DNA of 64,000 nucleotides, taken from positions 124,001-188,000 of IMG/VR virus record IMGVR_UViG_3300013120_000738; one strand, written 5' to 3'. The notes under the pieces were generated by a model. It made no database searches and had not been told where the DNA came from. It worked only from the letters and a program-made list of their open reading frames with translations. Position numbers and translations under genes: made by a program. This document shows, piece after piece, positions 38,879-48,401 of the stretch. How positions within the stretch are numbered: the stretch's first letter is position 1; each line of letters opens with the position of its first letter.

Positions 38879-39102
38879 TAGAACTTCCTGCCAGTCAATC
38901 GACGCTTCAAATGACGGATAATATTATGAGCATCCGCATGCGTCAAATCATCCAAATCATAACCAGTCCTCTCAAGGACACTATCACGCAATTCCGCATC
39001 ACCCAAGCACTGGTAATGGAACTTTGTCTTGCGAAACAAATCACGACAGTACTGCACTTGCTTCTCAGTAGCCATTTTCTCGCACATGGGGCAACTCCTC
39101 AA
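38878..39102 (-). CDS. Hypothetical protein
   Basis: GAGGAG RBS; promoter variant at ~39136-39165. Confidence 0.7.
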   Translation of the reverse strand: MRSCPMCEKMATEKQVQYCRDLFRKTKFHYQCLGDAELRDSVLERTGYDLDDLTHADAHNIIRHLKRRLTGRKF

Positions 39103-39520
39103 AAAGAAATACGGGTCCTCCTAGGACTTGTTACAAAATCGGGTCCCACCGTTAAATTTGTAAAGACCCCCACCCTAGGGGTAAGGCCTCGTGCACGGAA
39201 AATACTTGTCAAGTCCTATAGTCATCCGGCAATAGGTGGGTAGTATTCTCCCGTACACTACCAACACTTAGATGCGTCTATTCGAGGAGAATTCCCCTTG
39301 GAGTACGCATTCGGCCGGTGGCTCCTGCCGTCCCGATTTCACCGAATGCCACCGGTTTGTCACAGTGGGATGGCGGGAGGCGACGCGAGCCACCCGCCAG
39401 CGGACGGACCGGCGGACGCCAGCCGATTTCACGCGGCACACGCGGTCTGTCACAGGAACGCGGAGAGCGACGAGCATCGTCGCCCGCACAACACCACTTT
39501 TTTCTCAGAAGGAGTGCATT

Positions 39521-39721
39521 ATGCACAAGAAGGCCATCGCAGCTCTCGTGGACAGCATCGTGAAGCGCGTCGTCGCCAAGGCCAACGAGGGCGACACGTC
39601 CGAGGAACCGGCCCTCGAAGAGGCCGAAGCCCGCACCCTCGTGGGTATCCACCTGCGGAAGAACGCGTCCGCCATCGTGGACTCGATCTGCGGCGTCGAG
39701 GAGACCGAGGACGGCAACTAG
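39521..39721 (+). CDS. Small protein family copy 1 (MHKKAIAALVDS...)
   Basis: GGAG RBS; two paralogues in the window. Confidence 0.88.
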   Translation: MHKKAIAALVDSIVKRVVAKANEGDTSEEPALEEAEARTLVGIHLRKNASAIVDSICGVEETEDGN

Positions 39722-39745
39722 TCGCAGCACCCGGCTCCATCAAGG

Positions 39746-39779
39746 GCGGGTCGCCATCTGGGCGATCCGCCTTTTTTCA
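39746..39779 (+). terminator. Intrinsic terminator
   Basis: GGCGGGTCGCC..GGCGATCCGCC followed by TTTTTT. Confidence 0.7.
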
Positions 39780-40164
39780 TGCGCCGATATTCCTTTGTCA
39801 CAGTGAAGTATGGTTCACTGTCTCTATCTGGAGGAATGCGTTATGCTCACGTCCACCGATGTCAAGGCCGTCCCATTGAACGAGGATGGGTGGCCGGATA
39901 CAAGACATATGTGCCGGATCTTTGCCGCGTCTGCAGTGCGGCTTTCTACGCTGAGAATGAGCGTAGGTTGCGGGAGATCCCCGATGAGAATCGCGAGTAT
40001 CAAGCCCAGTATGCTCATGCATGTGGCTATCGCGACTAGTAATTCCCCAATTGGAAATTTTTTGTCACAGTCTCTCTGGGAATTTCCAACTTGGAAATGC
40101 GAGTGGGGCCAAGGGTTTCATCGCCCCTTGGCCCCATCCTCGCACGGCGGAGAGACTGTCTCAT

Positions 40165-40211
40165 TTAGCCCCGCATTCGGCATCGATCCGCCATCCAATT
40201 GTTTGACGCTG
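40165..40211. repeat. 47-bp exact direct repeat, copy 1 (copy 2 at 63062-63108)
   Basis: TTAGCCCCGCATTCGGCATCGATCCGCCATCCAATTGTTTGACGCTG identical in both. Confidence 0.9.
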
Positions 40212-40470
40212 CAGTAGATGTGTTCGACCGTGCCATCGGGGTTTCTGATCGCGATCCGGGGATTTCCTGATTGGAAAACCCTGAAGGTGTGAGTTTGATG
40301 CCTTGATGGCCCAATTCTTTGGCCCAATCGCTCAAAGCACGCGGTTGCATGCCTTCTACGGCTCTGGTGGCGGTCTCGACGGTCTCGCCGCGTTGTACGA
40401 CCAGCTCCAGGACTATCAGCCGTACAAGTGAACTGTACGTGATGCTGGCGATGAGTGGCTTGTCTGCCAT
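40165..40470 (-). CDS. Hypothetical protein (3' frame uncertain)
   Basis: GGGAGG RBS before MADKPL. Confidence 0.5.
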   Translation of the reverse strand: MADKPLIASITYSSLVRLIVLELVVQRGETVETATRAVEGMQPRALSDWAKELGHQGIKLTPSGFSNQEIPGSRSETPMARSNTSTAASNNWMADRCRMRG

Positions 40471-40600
40471 GGGGTGAATCCTCCCGGCGATTTCCTAGCA
40501 GGAAACGCGTATAAACAGGAGCGGGGTGCCGAGGATGTGGCTGCGAGCCTATGACGCTGCCAGTCGAACCTCGACACCCCGCGAGCGGAGAGACTGATTC

Positions 40601-40702
40601 CTATTGGAGCCACCAGGCTCCCTGCGGGGTCGACGTCAAGATGAACGTGCTGAACGCTGCGGACGCGACCGCGTAGGCCAGTACAACCAAAACAAACCGC
40701 AT
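40601..40702 (-). CDS. Small membrane peptide (MRFVLVVLAYAVASAAF...)
   Basis: GGAG RBS, hydrophobic, promoter upstream. Confidence 0.5.
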   Translation of the reverse strand: MRFVLVVLAYAVASAAFSTFILTSTPQGAWWLQ

Positions 40703-40826
40703 GATCTTTCTCCGCGAAGTGTGTGAAAAAATGGCCGGGTCGCGACGAGCGACCCGACCGCTCGAAAGGAGATTGACTCGTACACTATCCTGTGACGAAC
40801 CGATCCACAAGGTGAAATCCGCCAGA

Positions 40827-41039
40827 TCACCGCATCGAGATGATCTCGCGGACTTGGCCGTACTCCAGGAGTGGTGGCAGCTCGTACGTGCTGCTCGAGG
40901 GACGCGGCTGGCAGTGCTGCGTCAGCTCGTCGTACGATTCCACTCCCAGATAGTAGCGAGCCGCGATGATGCACATTTTGTGCGACCAGTTCGCGTGGAC
41001 TTCTCGCAGCCGGTGAACCATCTGCAAAAACGTCTCCAT
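40827..41039 (-). CDS. Hypothetical protein (METFLQMVH...)
   Basis: GGAGG RBS; promoter at ~41094. Confidence 0.6.
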   Translation of the reverse strand: METFLQMVHRLREVHANWSHKMCIIAARYYLGVESYDELTQHCQPRPSSSTYELPPLLEYGQVREIISMR

Positions 41040-41294
41040 GTCTCTCCCTCCTCGAAAATAGTCCTCTTGCCGGTTATCTTCCGGCTGTCCGTTTGTGACA
41101 GACCGGTCCGAGGAGTGAAACTGGCTTTGGAGTTCTTGAATGGATATTTTCGGGCTTTGGTCGCATTCAGACCACCGACCGGCAGCGGCCGATTTCACGC
41201 GGGGCCACCGGCTTGTCACAGTGGGGCAGCGGAGAGAGGCGGCGGTGGTCGTCGCCGACCCGCACCACACCACTCTTTTTTCGGAGGTGCAGAC

Positions 41295-41480
41295 ATGCAC
41301 AAGAAAGCCATCGCAGCCCTGCTCGAGTCTCTGGTCAAGCGCGTCGTCGCCAAGGCGAACGAGGCGGAGTGCGGCGACGAGCCCGCACTCGAGGAGGCGG
41401 AAGCCCGCACTCTCGTGGGGATCTGGCTCCGCAAGAACGCGGGGAAGGTCGTGAACGAGATCTGCGACGTCGAGGACTGA
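41295..41480 (+). CDS. Small protein family copy 2
   Basis: MHKKAIAALLESLVKRVVAKANE..PALEEAEARTLVGIWLRKNA; GGAGG. Confidence 0.88.
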   Translation: MHKKAIAALLESLVKRVVAKANEAECGDEPALEEAEARTLVGIWLRKNAGKVVNEICDVED

Positions 41481-41561
41481 TTTCACGCGAGTGATCGGTC
41501 TGTCACATGGCGTTGGGAGCACGGGGCTCCCAACGCTCCTTTTGTCTTTGGAGAGACTCAC

Positions 41562-41834
41562 ATGTCGTACGAACCCGACACAAGCCACTTGTCGCACGAG
41601 TGGCTCGGCATCGACCAGAAGGCGGCCGACGAAGGCGAAGCTGAAAAGCGATCCTTCCGATCCGTCACGAAGGTCGGCGAGCGGTACAAGAAACCGCGTG
41701 GCAAAAATGGCCGCACCCCGGCAGCACGGGCCAAGGCCGAAAAGAAAGAGGCGAAGCTCTCGAAAGAGGCGGAAGCCCTCGCGAGAGAGGCACGGCTCCG
41801 CAAGATGATCAACCGCATCTTGTCGAGCGACTAG
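41562..41834 (+). CDS. Basic Lys/Arg-rich hypothetical protein
   Basis: GGAG RBS; promoter upstream. Confidence 0.75.
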   Translation: MSYEPDTSHLSHEWLGIDQKAADEGEAEKRSFRSVTKVGERYKKPRGKNGRTPAARAKAEKKEAKLSKEAEALAREARLRKMINRILSSD

Positions 41835-42234
41835 GTCTCTCCTCACACCGAGCAGGCCGCTTGGGGTCATCCCTGGGCGGCCTGCTCACTTATGCGCGTC
41901 CATTTCCACACAGGAAACGCCCCAAATGTGCTACAGGACATAAGTTTCTTGCTGGGCCATATCGAAGAGTTCTTGGCGGTTCTCCAGCTGAATGTGTTGT
42001 TCCGAAAATGTTTGAGCGAACCCAGAACATATCTAGATGTGTTCCTCGAAGGAGCCTAAATCTTCTGTCTGACGCATTCAGAATCTTCAGATATATCCAT
42101 TCTAGAGGAGAATTTTCCTTGAGTGGGCATATCTGGCGGTTCTGAACGTGCTTTCACGCTTGTATGGCCGTCTGTAACAGTATTGAAAGGGGAGGACAGG
42201 CCTTCCCGCAATTTCCAACCAGGAAAGGAGTGCT

Positions 42235-42537
42235 ATGAAAAAGCGAATAGTGGAGGTGCTGGCGTGGGACGAGATAAGTATGGTTCACTGTCTCTATCTG
42301 GATGCATGCGACGCCAGAATCGTGAACGAGGACGACGAAGGCGAGCTGGCTCTGGAGATCAACGCGGATGATGCCACCATCGAGGCCTTCCTGCGGCGTC
42401 TCTGGCACGACGACGAGGACGAGCCGGGCTGGACAGTGGCCAAGATATCTCGCGGAGAGGCCACGATCACCGTAGAGTGGCGGAGCGACCGCAACCACCT
42501 CGCCGTGAACACGCTGATGTTTGGGCCGTACGCCTAG
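42235..42537 (+). CDS. Acidic hypothetical protein
   Basis: AGGAAAGGAG RBS. Confidence 0.75.
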   Translation: MKKRIVEVLAWDEISMVHCLYLDACDARIVNEDDEGELALEINADDATIEAFLRRLWHDDEDEPGWTVAKISRGEATITVEWRSDRNHLAVNTLMFGPYA

Positions 42538-42679
42538 AAGTCTCGAATATGCCCACCCAAAAGAATTTATTTCTGTGGGTGGGCTTCTTTGTGGATTTCG
42601 GGCGTGCTTTCACGTCCGTCTAGTCGTCTGTCACACCAGAGGAGTAATCCCCTGAATTTCCAACCAGGAAAGGACGAAC

Positions 42680-42955
42680 ATGAAGACATGGCAGACTGGA
42701 CAAAGAGTCCGAATCCGTTGCACTGATCGCGGCAAAGTAATAGCCCGCGACGAGGATCCCGTTTACTTGATCTGTGGGACTCACTCAACTCGAGGAATGT
42801 GGTTGAGCGTCGAGGATGACACATATGACGGCTACACGGCCGACGTAATCGTCCACGACGACACAAGCGGCGACGCAGACGACCCCACGTACCGCGTCGT
42901 ACTGCAGGACAGCCGAGGTTCTCTGAGCCCCCGCGTCGTTCTGGTCGCGGCTTAA
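42680..42955 (+). CDS. Hypothetical protein
   Basis: Promoter, palindrome and RBS upstream. Confidence 0.75.
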   Translation: MKTWQTGQRVRIRCTDRGKVIARDEDPVYLICGTHSTRGMWLSVEDDTYDGYTADVIVHDDTSGDADDPTYRVVLQDSRGSLSPRVVLVAA

Positions 42956-43035
42956 CGCACACACTACCGTTTGTCACACCAGGAGAGAGGGGAGGAAAGA
43001 CCTCCCCGAATTTCCAACCAGGAAAGGAATAGCCA

Positions 43036-43377
43036 ATGGCGGAGACAAAATCACTGGAGCTCCCAATCGAGGACTCGTACGTCCCAAGTGCTGGAGAGCT
43101 CAACAACTTCGTGTACTTGGTCTGCAAGTACACAGTCAACTGGGGCATGCGGGCCTGTGACCTGCAAGTCTGTCTGATGATGGCTGGCGGAGCCGAAGAG
43201 ATCAAAGGCAATGCAGGACTCACCAAGCTCTGTGAAGTGACCTGCGAGTACTTGTGGGATCACGTCTGCGGTGAGCCCGAGGAACCGACCACCGACCAAC
43301 TCTTCGACCACATCAAAGAGGGCCTGCAGGCCTGGTACAAGAACAGCACGCCAGAAGAAAGGGCCGCAACCGAATAA
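43036..43377 (+). CDS. Hypothetical protein
   Basis: Promoter, palindrome and RBS upstream. Confidence 0.75.
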   Translation: MAETKSLELPIEDSYVPSAGELNNFVYLVCKYTVNWGMRACDLQVCLMMAGGAEEIKGNAGLTKLCEVTCEYLWDHVCGEPEEPTTDQLFDHIKEGLQAWYKNSTPEERAATE

Positions 43378-43462
43378 ACGCGGCCGATATTGCTTGTCAC
43401 ACGTCCTTGGGGCGGGGATTATCCTCGTCCCAAGGATTTCCAAGCAGGAAAGCGAGAGACAG

Positions 43463-43642
43463 ATGATCTTTGTGATCCGAGACAACACCAACGCATGCTT
43501 GCTGACCGGCACGCGTGTCGTCGAAGCCGACGACGAACGAACAGCATGGGAGCACGTCGCCAAATCCTGGCCATTGCCCCCATACAACCAGAGAGACGAC
43601 TGCGAGTATCAAATTGTCCCCCAACCAGTGGAGAAGGCATGA
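43463..43642 (+). CDS. Hypothetical protein (MIFVIRDN...)
   Basis: Promoter and palindrome upstream; ATGA overlap with the next gene. Confidence 0.6.
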   Translation: MIFVIRDNTNACLLTGTRVVEADDERTAWEHVAKSWPLPPYNQRDDCEYQIVPQPVEKA

Positions 43643-43857
43643 AAGCTGAAACACGACCAGGAATCATTACCAGCAGCCCAGATGACGCCGATTGCTTCGA
43701 TTGGCTCAGTGATGGCTGGTATCAAATATCTATCCGGCACACACCGGAAGCTCAAGCACTCATGGCGAAAGCCAAGAGCTGCATCGAAGATGGCGAGGAC
43801 GTACCAGACGTGATCAGAAGACTGGAAGAGGCTGGCTTCGTCGTCTCCCGCCAATAG
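43639..43857 (+). CDS. Hypothetical protein (MKAETRPG...)
   Basis: GGAG RBS. Confidence 0.65.
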   Translation: MKAETRPGIITSSPDDADCFDWLSDGWYQISIRHTPEAQALMAKAKSCIEDGEDVPDVIRRLEEAGFVVSRQ

Positions 43858-43886
43858 TCCCCTAGATTTCCCAGCAGGAAACGCAT

Positions 43887-43918
43887 TGAGCCCCGGCTGC
43901 CGCCGGGGCTCTTCAAAT
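43887..43918. terminator. Hairpin between convergent genes
   Basis: GAGCCCCGGC..GCCGGGGCTC. Confidence 0.6.
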
Positions 43919-43921
43919 GCG

Positions 43922-44611
43922 CTATTCGCCGCAGTAAGCTTTGGCGGCGTCGAAGGCCTCTTCTTCGGATTTGGGTTCGCGATTGAATACCACGAAGAGA
44001 CGATGATTGGGTATTGGAGAATCTGGCCACGCACCCCAATAGCGGCAGACTCCCTCGTCGTACTGCGGCACCGAGTCCGCGTCGTGAACGTCCTCGGAGC
44101 AGATCGAGGCCATTACCTGGAGCTCCCCATCGGGGTTCGTCGTCAAGTCGACGATGTACGGTCCAAGGAGGTCTTCCTTGTCGAAGCCGTCTCTCAGAGC
44201 GTGTTCATCCAACGTCGCGTTGTCCACGATGTGGCCAGCAAAGATGTGTTGTTTCTCAGGCCAGCCGTAGACCGACGTGTTGCTCGTGGAGGTAATCACA
44301 TCCGTCAGATAGTTGTGGCCTTCCTCCAAACGAACATGACAGGGAGTGTCAAGAGACCAAAGAAGCTCGGAGAATTCCTGGGATTCTTCTACACTGAGCC
44401 GATTGCCCTTGAATATCGGGTACCCCAGCTCGTCAAATCCTCTCGAGATCATATACTGGAGGTCTTGAGCTTTGGGTTGGCCTGCCCAGATTTCTTTGGT
44501 GCTGATGATGCGTCCGTCGTCGAGTTCGATGGCTTGCAGCTGTGCTCGGCAGGTTGTGCCGTCGTATTTGCAGTTCTCGTAGACGCGGAGATAGAGTTTG
44601 GTCGCTTTCAA
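43922..44611 (-). CDS. Hypothetical protein
   Basis: AAGGAG then TTG at 44611. Confidence 0.7.
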   Translation of the reverse strand: MKATKLYLRVYENCKYDGTTCRAQLQAIELDDGRIISTKEIWAGQPKAQDLQYMISRGFDELGYPIFKGNRLSVEESQEFSELLWSLDTPCHVRLEEGHNYLTDVITSTSNTSVYGWPEKQHIFAGHIVDNATLDEHALRDGFDKEDLLGPYIVDLTTNPDGELQVMASICSEDVHDADSVPQYDEGVCRYWGAWPDSPIPNHRLFVVFNREPKSEEEAFDAAKAYCGE

Positions 44612-44685
44612 GTGCTTTCTCCTTATGCACATGCCGAAGGGGGCGGCCCTCTCGGACCGCCCCCCGTTCGCACACACCACGCGGA

Positions 44686-44880
44686 CTAGCTCTCGTCGAC
44701 GTCCTCGACGCCGCACACGGAGTCAACGATGGTTCCGGCGTTCTTGCGGAGGTAGATGCCCACGAGCGTGCGGGCTTCGGCTTCCTCCAACGCGGGCTCT
44801 TCGCTCTCGGCCTCGTTGGCCTTCGCCACGACGCGCTTCACAATGCTGTCCACCAAATTCGCGATTGCCTTCTTGTGCAT
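44686..44880 (-). CDS. Small protein family copy 3
   Basis: MHKKAIANLVDSIVKRVVAKANE..PALEEAEARTLVGIYLRKNA; GAGGAG. Confidence 0.88.
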   Translation of the reverse strand: MHKKAIANLVDSIVKRVVAKANEAESEEPALEEAEARTLVGIYLRKNAGTIVDSVCGVEDVDES

Positions 44881-44969
44881 GTCTGCACTCCTCTGAAAAA
44901 GCGTTGCGTGTGTGTGGGTCGCCAACGCTGGCTCCCCTCTACTCCACTGTGACAAGCCGCCACCGGGAG

Positions 44970-45167
44970 TTAAATCGACGATCGCCGCCTTCGCAGCATT
45001 TGAAGGGCCGTATACTGCTGTGTGTCCTCTTCCGACGCGGCTTGTGACTTCTCCAAGCGTCCGCCACATCGAGGACATCGCGGCTGTGCAGCCCTTCTCC
45101 ATTCCTTGTGCAAGACTTTGGACTTGCGTCCACAATCGGCACAAAAACCATAGGTCCAACTTGCCAT
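44970..45167 (-). CDS. Zn-ribbon hypothetical protein
   Basis: CADC..CPRCGG; GGAG RBS. Confidence 0.7.
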   Translation of the reverse strand: MASWTYGFCADCGRKSKVLHKEWRRAAQPRCPRCGGRLEKSQAASEEDTQQYTALQMLRRRRSSI

Positions 45168-45230
45168 TGCTAAGACTCCAGATATTGGGGGTATTTCTCA
45201 TGCCTTTCTGTGACAGACCACCCGCTGGGG

Positions 45231-45576
45231 TTAACTCTCCGCGATGATACTTTGCACGAGTTCTTTGAGTTCACGCGGCTTCATCGTCTGCAACAAGTAC
45301 TCGGCTTGATCGCTGATCCCAGCGTTGTTGATGCTCGCAGCTTCGGCACCCTTCGCATCGTGGACGTGCTCATCGAGTAAGTTTTGGTCGTCGGCATCCT
45401 CGACGATTGCCGCGATCTCCTCGATTGTTTGGGGATCCGGCCGATCCAGGCGATCAGGGATCTCTACCATCTCCACTAGACCCTCATCAGGACTCAATGC
45501 GTCGCCGATGTTGCCGGGATACGCGGTTTCGTCAGAGATAACGCCGACTAGGCGTCCGTCGTAGTATAGTGCGTAC
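45231..45576 (-). CDS. Acidic hypothetical protein (MYALYYDG...)
   Basis: GGAGG RBS; promoter at ~45599. Confidence 0.7.
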
Positions 45577-45613
45577 ATTTTGCTTCCTCCTACCGGTCTG
45601 TGACAGATCGACC

Positions 45614-45820
45614 CTAGCGGTGAATACGATCCTCTCGCCAAATGATCACCCAAGACTCCTTTCGGTCATGCGAGACCTTCGGTGGATCCCTTTTAGCCAC
45701 GGATATAATTCCCTTCGCTGGGATCTCATTGTCCTTTATAGCGTTCCGCAGATGCTTCTCGAATTCGGCTTCTGGCAGGACATAGAATTCCACCGAGTGG
45801 ATATCAAGATGGTCATTCAT
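45614..45820 (-). CDS. Hypothetical protein
   Basis: GGAG RBS. Confidence 0.6.
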   Translation of the reverse strand: MNDHLDIHSVEFYVLPEAEFEKHLRNAIKDNEIPAKGIISVAKRDPPKVSHDRKESWVIIWREDRIHR

Positions 45821-46059
45821 GGCTTACTCCGCGATCTGGCGAGCCCGTGTTTCACACGCGGCCTCATAAATGCGTTGGTAGAATAATTGTACTTCCGGAT
45901 CAGAAGACTGTTCGAGGGTTTTGGCCTTCTCCATTGCACACGCACCGTGCGTGATCTCGGGGTTGCCGACGATCTGGCTTGTGTCGCCTACAGGTTCACG
46001 GCACACGCTGCATACACGCACGCGATTTCCTCCTTGGAATATGGCCCACCACAATAATA

Positions 46060-46317
46060 CTACCCACCCGCGTGCTCGCACGCGTCCGCGATTTCCTCCC
46101 TGGAAATCCGATAGATCAAATGTGTGCCACAATCCTCAGTGAATTGAATAGTCTCGTCCTCTTGCAGACCCACGGCCAAGGCAATCCCATAGATCACTTG
46201 GGACTCGTCCAACATGGGGCAAGCACCGATTTGAATGAGCTTCCGGCCATCATCACATCGATATATGGGGAATTGCCCATTCTCTTCTTGCTTGCTAACG
46301 TAAATCAGTAATGCCAT
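46060..46317 (-). CDS. Hypothetical protein
   Basis: Overlaps the upstream stop. Confidence 0.55.
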   Translation of the reverse strand: MALLIYVSKQEENGQFPIYRCDDGRKLIQIGACPMLDESQVIYGIALAVGLQEDETIQFTEDCGTHLIYRISREEIADACEHAGG

Positions 46318-46469
46318 TTGTCGTCTTCCGTTTCGTCGTCAACCTGGAGCTCGGCGTTATCCGCCGGAAAGTCTCCGTTCCGTGTCACGTCCTCGATCGT
46401 GTGTTCAACGGCAGCACGCGGTGCATCCGTGAACGTCAAAACGACTGTGTAGTCTCCGCCCTTCGGCAT
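46305..46469 (-). CDS. Small acidic protein (MPKGGDYTVV..., 54 aa)
   Basis: Manual translation; follows 46473-46742; below the ORF-track cutoff. Confidence 0.55.
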   Translation of the reverse strand: MPKGGDYTVVLTFTDAPRAAVEHTIEDVTRNGDFPADNAELQVDDETEDDKWHY

Positions 46470-46472
46470 TTC

Positions 46473-46742
46473 TCATTCCTTCTTCCAGAGGCCATCATCG
46501 CCTTGTACCCAGCCATGCCCGACGCTCGGACGCGGCCACAGTGTTTTAATCGTGAACTCAGTCCGCCAAAGATACCCAACTCTCGTCGGGCGTGTGTCGG
46601 ACCGTGTAGAGATGCGAAAGCCCTCGTCTTCGCCTTTGCAGCCGTGAGCGTAAGCGTGTCTGTCGCCCTCGACGATGTACAGATTGCTGGTGGCTCCGAG
46701 AGCTTTGGCACGGCTGACGCTTGCTTCTACTGCGTTTCTCAC
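46473..46742 (-). CDS. Hypothetical protein
   Basis: AGGAG then GTG. Confidence 0.65.
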   Translation of the reverse strand: MRNAVEASVSRAKALGATSNLYIVEGDRHAYAHGCKGEDEGFRISTRSDTRPTRVGYLWRTEFTIKTLWPRPSVGHGWVQGDDGLWKKE

Positions 46743-46784
46743 GTGTTTCTCCTACGCTGTGGTGGTCGGGGAACTCGCCCCCGT

Positions 46785-46988
46785 TCACCATTTCTTAAAG
46801 ACGTATGGCTTCCCGACCTCGTCCCCATCGAGTTCATCGGGATCACAATCCGAAAGATCTTCCTCCGCTGTCAGTTCAAGGTCGAACTTTTCAGCAGTAC
46901 AAAGATCACCATCGATGAGCAAAACCTTAGCATCCTCGGCTGGCGGCAAATTCGCAAAATACGTAGCTGCTTCTGCGTTCGTCATCAT
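46785..46988 (-). CDS. Acidic hypothetical protein
   Basis: AGGAG RBS. Confidence 0.65.
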   Translation of the reverse strand: MMTNAEAATYFANLPPAEDAKVLLIDGDLCTAEKFDLELTAEEDLSDCDPDELDGDEVGKPYVFKKW

Positions 46989-47050
46989 TTTCTCCTACGT
47001 TGTGGGGGCCGGGGAACTCGCCCCGGCCCCCGTCCGGCACCCCCAGGTCT

Positions 47051-47527
47051 TTACAGCCCTTCTGGATGCAAACTGTCTTTCAATGGCTCGCAGAATTCCG
47101 TACGGATCTCCATGAGGATTTTGCCGAGGTGGTTTTGGCCCTTGACGTGGCTGCATCCCTCGCAAGAGCAGACTCCCCAGAAGTCGTCGTGCCAGTTGTT
47201 GCCCTCGACAAGCTCCGCGTCCTCCGTCTGTGCCAGACGCTCCCAGAGATCCGGATTCCGCTTGAATTTGTCGCGGATGATCTCCCGCATGACGTCGATT
47301 TTGATGGCGTCCCACTCAGGACGCAAGGTGACGCGGCGGCCTGCCCGTTTGGCTTGGCCGGGCGTCGAGCAATCCTGGATGCCGTGTCGCTCTTCGATGT
47401 CCGTGGTCTTGGCCGCTTGAAATGCGTGCTCGCTCGAACTGAAGATCATGCCCTCGAAATGGACTTCGCACGGGTGGAAGTTGCTCAAGAATTTGTTGCT
47501 GCCCTTGAAGCTTTTGATGGCTTCCAT
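47051..47527 (-). CDS. NADAR (YbiA-like) family protein
   Basis: FLSNF, SSEHAFQAAK, W..IKIDVM, KF, LVEGN..DDFWG, GQNHLGKILMEIR. Confidence 0.92.
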   Translation of the reverse strand: MEAIKSFKGSNKFLSNFHPCEVHFEGMIFSSSEHAFQAAKTTDIEERHGIQDCSTPGQAKRAGRRVTLRPEWDAIKIDVMREIIRDKFKRNPDLWERLAQTEDAELVEGNNWHDDFWGVCSCEGCSHVKGQNHLGKILMEIRTEFCEPLKDSLHPEGL

Positions 47528-47605
47528 TCGTCTCTCCTTTGCCTGGGGGTTCTGGGGACGCGAACCGTCCCCTTCACCCCACTGTGACAAACGTCGGCCT
47601 CCGAG

Positions 47606-47929
47606 TTAAACCCTGCAGGTCATTTGCCTCTTCAGTTCACGACCCCGCTCAGGTGTGCAAAAACCACCGTCCTTGAGTTGCCGCTGGAGGATTGCCGCCT
47701 CCCGCGTCGGCATCGGAATACTCACGAATACTGGTCGACTATCGGTCCAAATGACGAGGCAAACTTCCTCATTGCACTTCGGACATTCTTTTGGCGGCGT
47801 CCCAGCCGTCCAATGAACGGTAAGAGTTTTATGCTCGTTGTAGAGCTGGTCACACTGGTTACAAAACCACCGACCGCCAGGCATAGTGTGGATCACTGGG
47901 GGAGCCTCCGATAAAAACTCCCTAATCAA
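47606..47929 (-). CDS. Zn-ribbon hypothetical protein
   Basis: CNQC..CPKC. Confidence 0.6.
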   Translation of the reverse strand: MIREFLSEAPPVIHTMPGGRWFCNQCDQLYNEHKTLTVHWTAGTPPKECPKCNEEVCLVIWTDSRPVFVSIPMPTREAAILQRQLKDGGFCTPERGRELKRQMTCRV

Positions 47930-47938
47930 AGATAAAGT

Positions 47939-48337
47939 ATGACTACCAAAATTTGTAGCCGTTGTAATACCTTAACTCCAATCGAGGAATTCCCATTAAA
48001 GTACAACAAAAATCATCCTACTGCTAGAAAATCACACTGTAAAACATGTGAATACAAACGAATTAGAGAAAAACACCAAAAGCACAAAGCAGAGTTTAAA
48101 AAACGTGCTATTGAGTACTTGGGTGGTAAATGCTCTAATCCGTCATGCCCAATTTCTTCGCTCAACCTTCCAATTGAGATTCTTGACTTTCACCACAAAG
48201 GCGATAAAGATTCTTGTATCTCAACATTACTTAGCAAAAACACAACATGGACAACCATCAAAAAAGAATTAGATAAATGCGTCTTGTTATGTGTTCTATG
48301 CCATCGCCTTGAGCATTTAAAAGTCGGGCGGGTCTAA
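47939..48337 (+). CDS. HNH homing endonuclease
   Basis: CSRC..CKTC; LGGKC..LDFHH..ELDKCVLLCVLCHR; AT-rich, opposite strand to neighbours. Confidence 0.85.
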   Translation: MTTKICSRCNTLTPIEEFPLKYNKNHPTARKSHCKTCEYKRIREKHQKHKAEFKKRAIEYLGGKCSNPSCPISSLNLPIEILDFHHKGDKDSCISTLLSKNTTWTTIKKELDKCVLLCVLCHRLEHLKVGRV

Positions 48338-48401
48338 GGGTGACATCCCCTTAGACCCTTTTTGTCTCCTGCACACAGAAACAAAACCCGACTCGGAGAG
48401 A

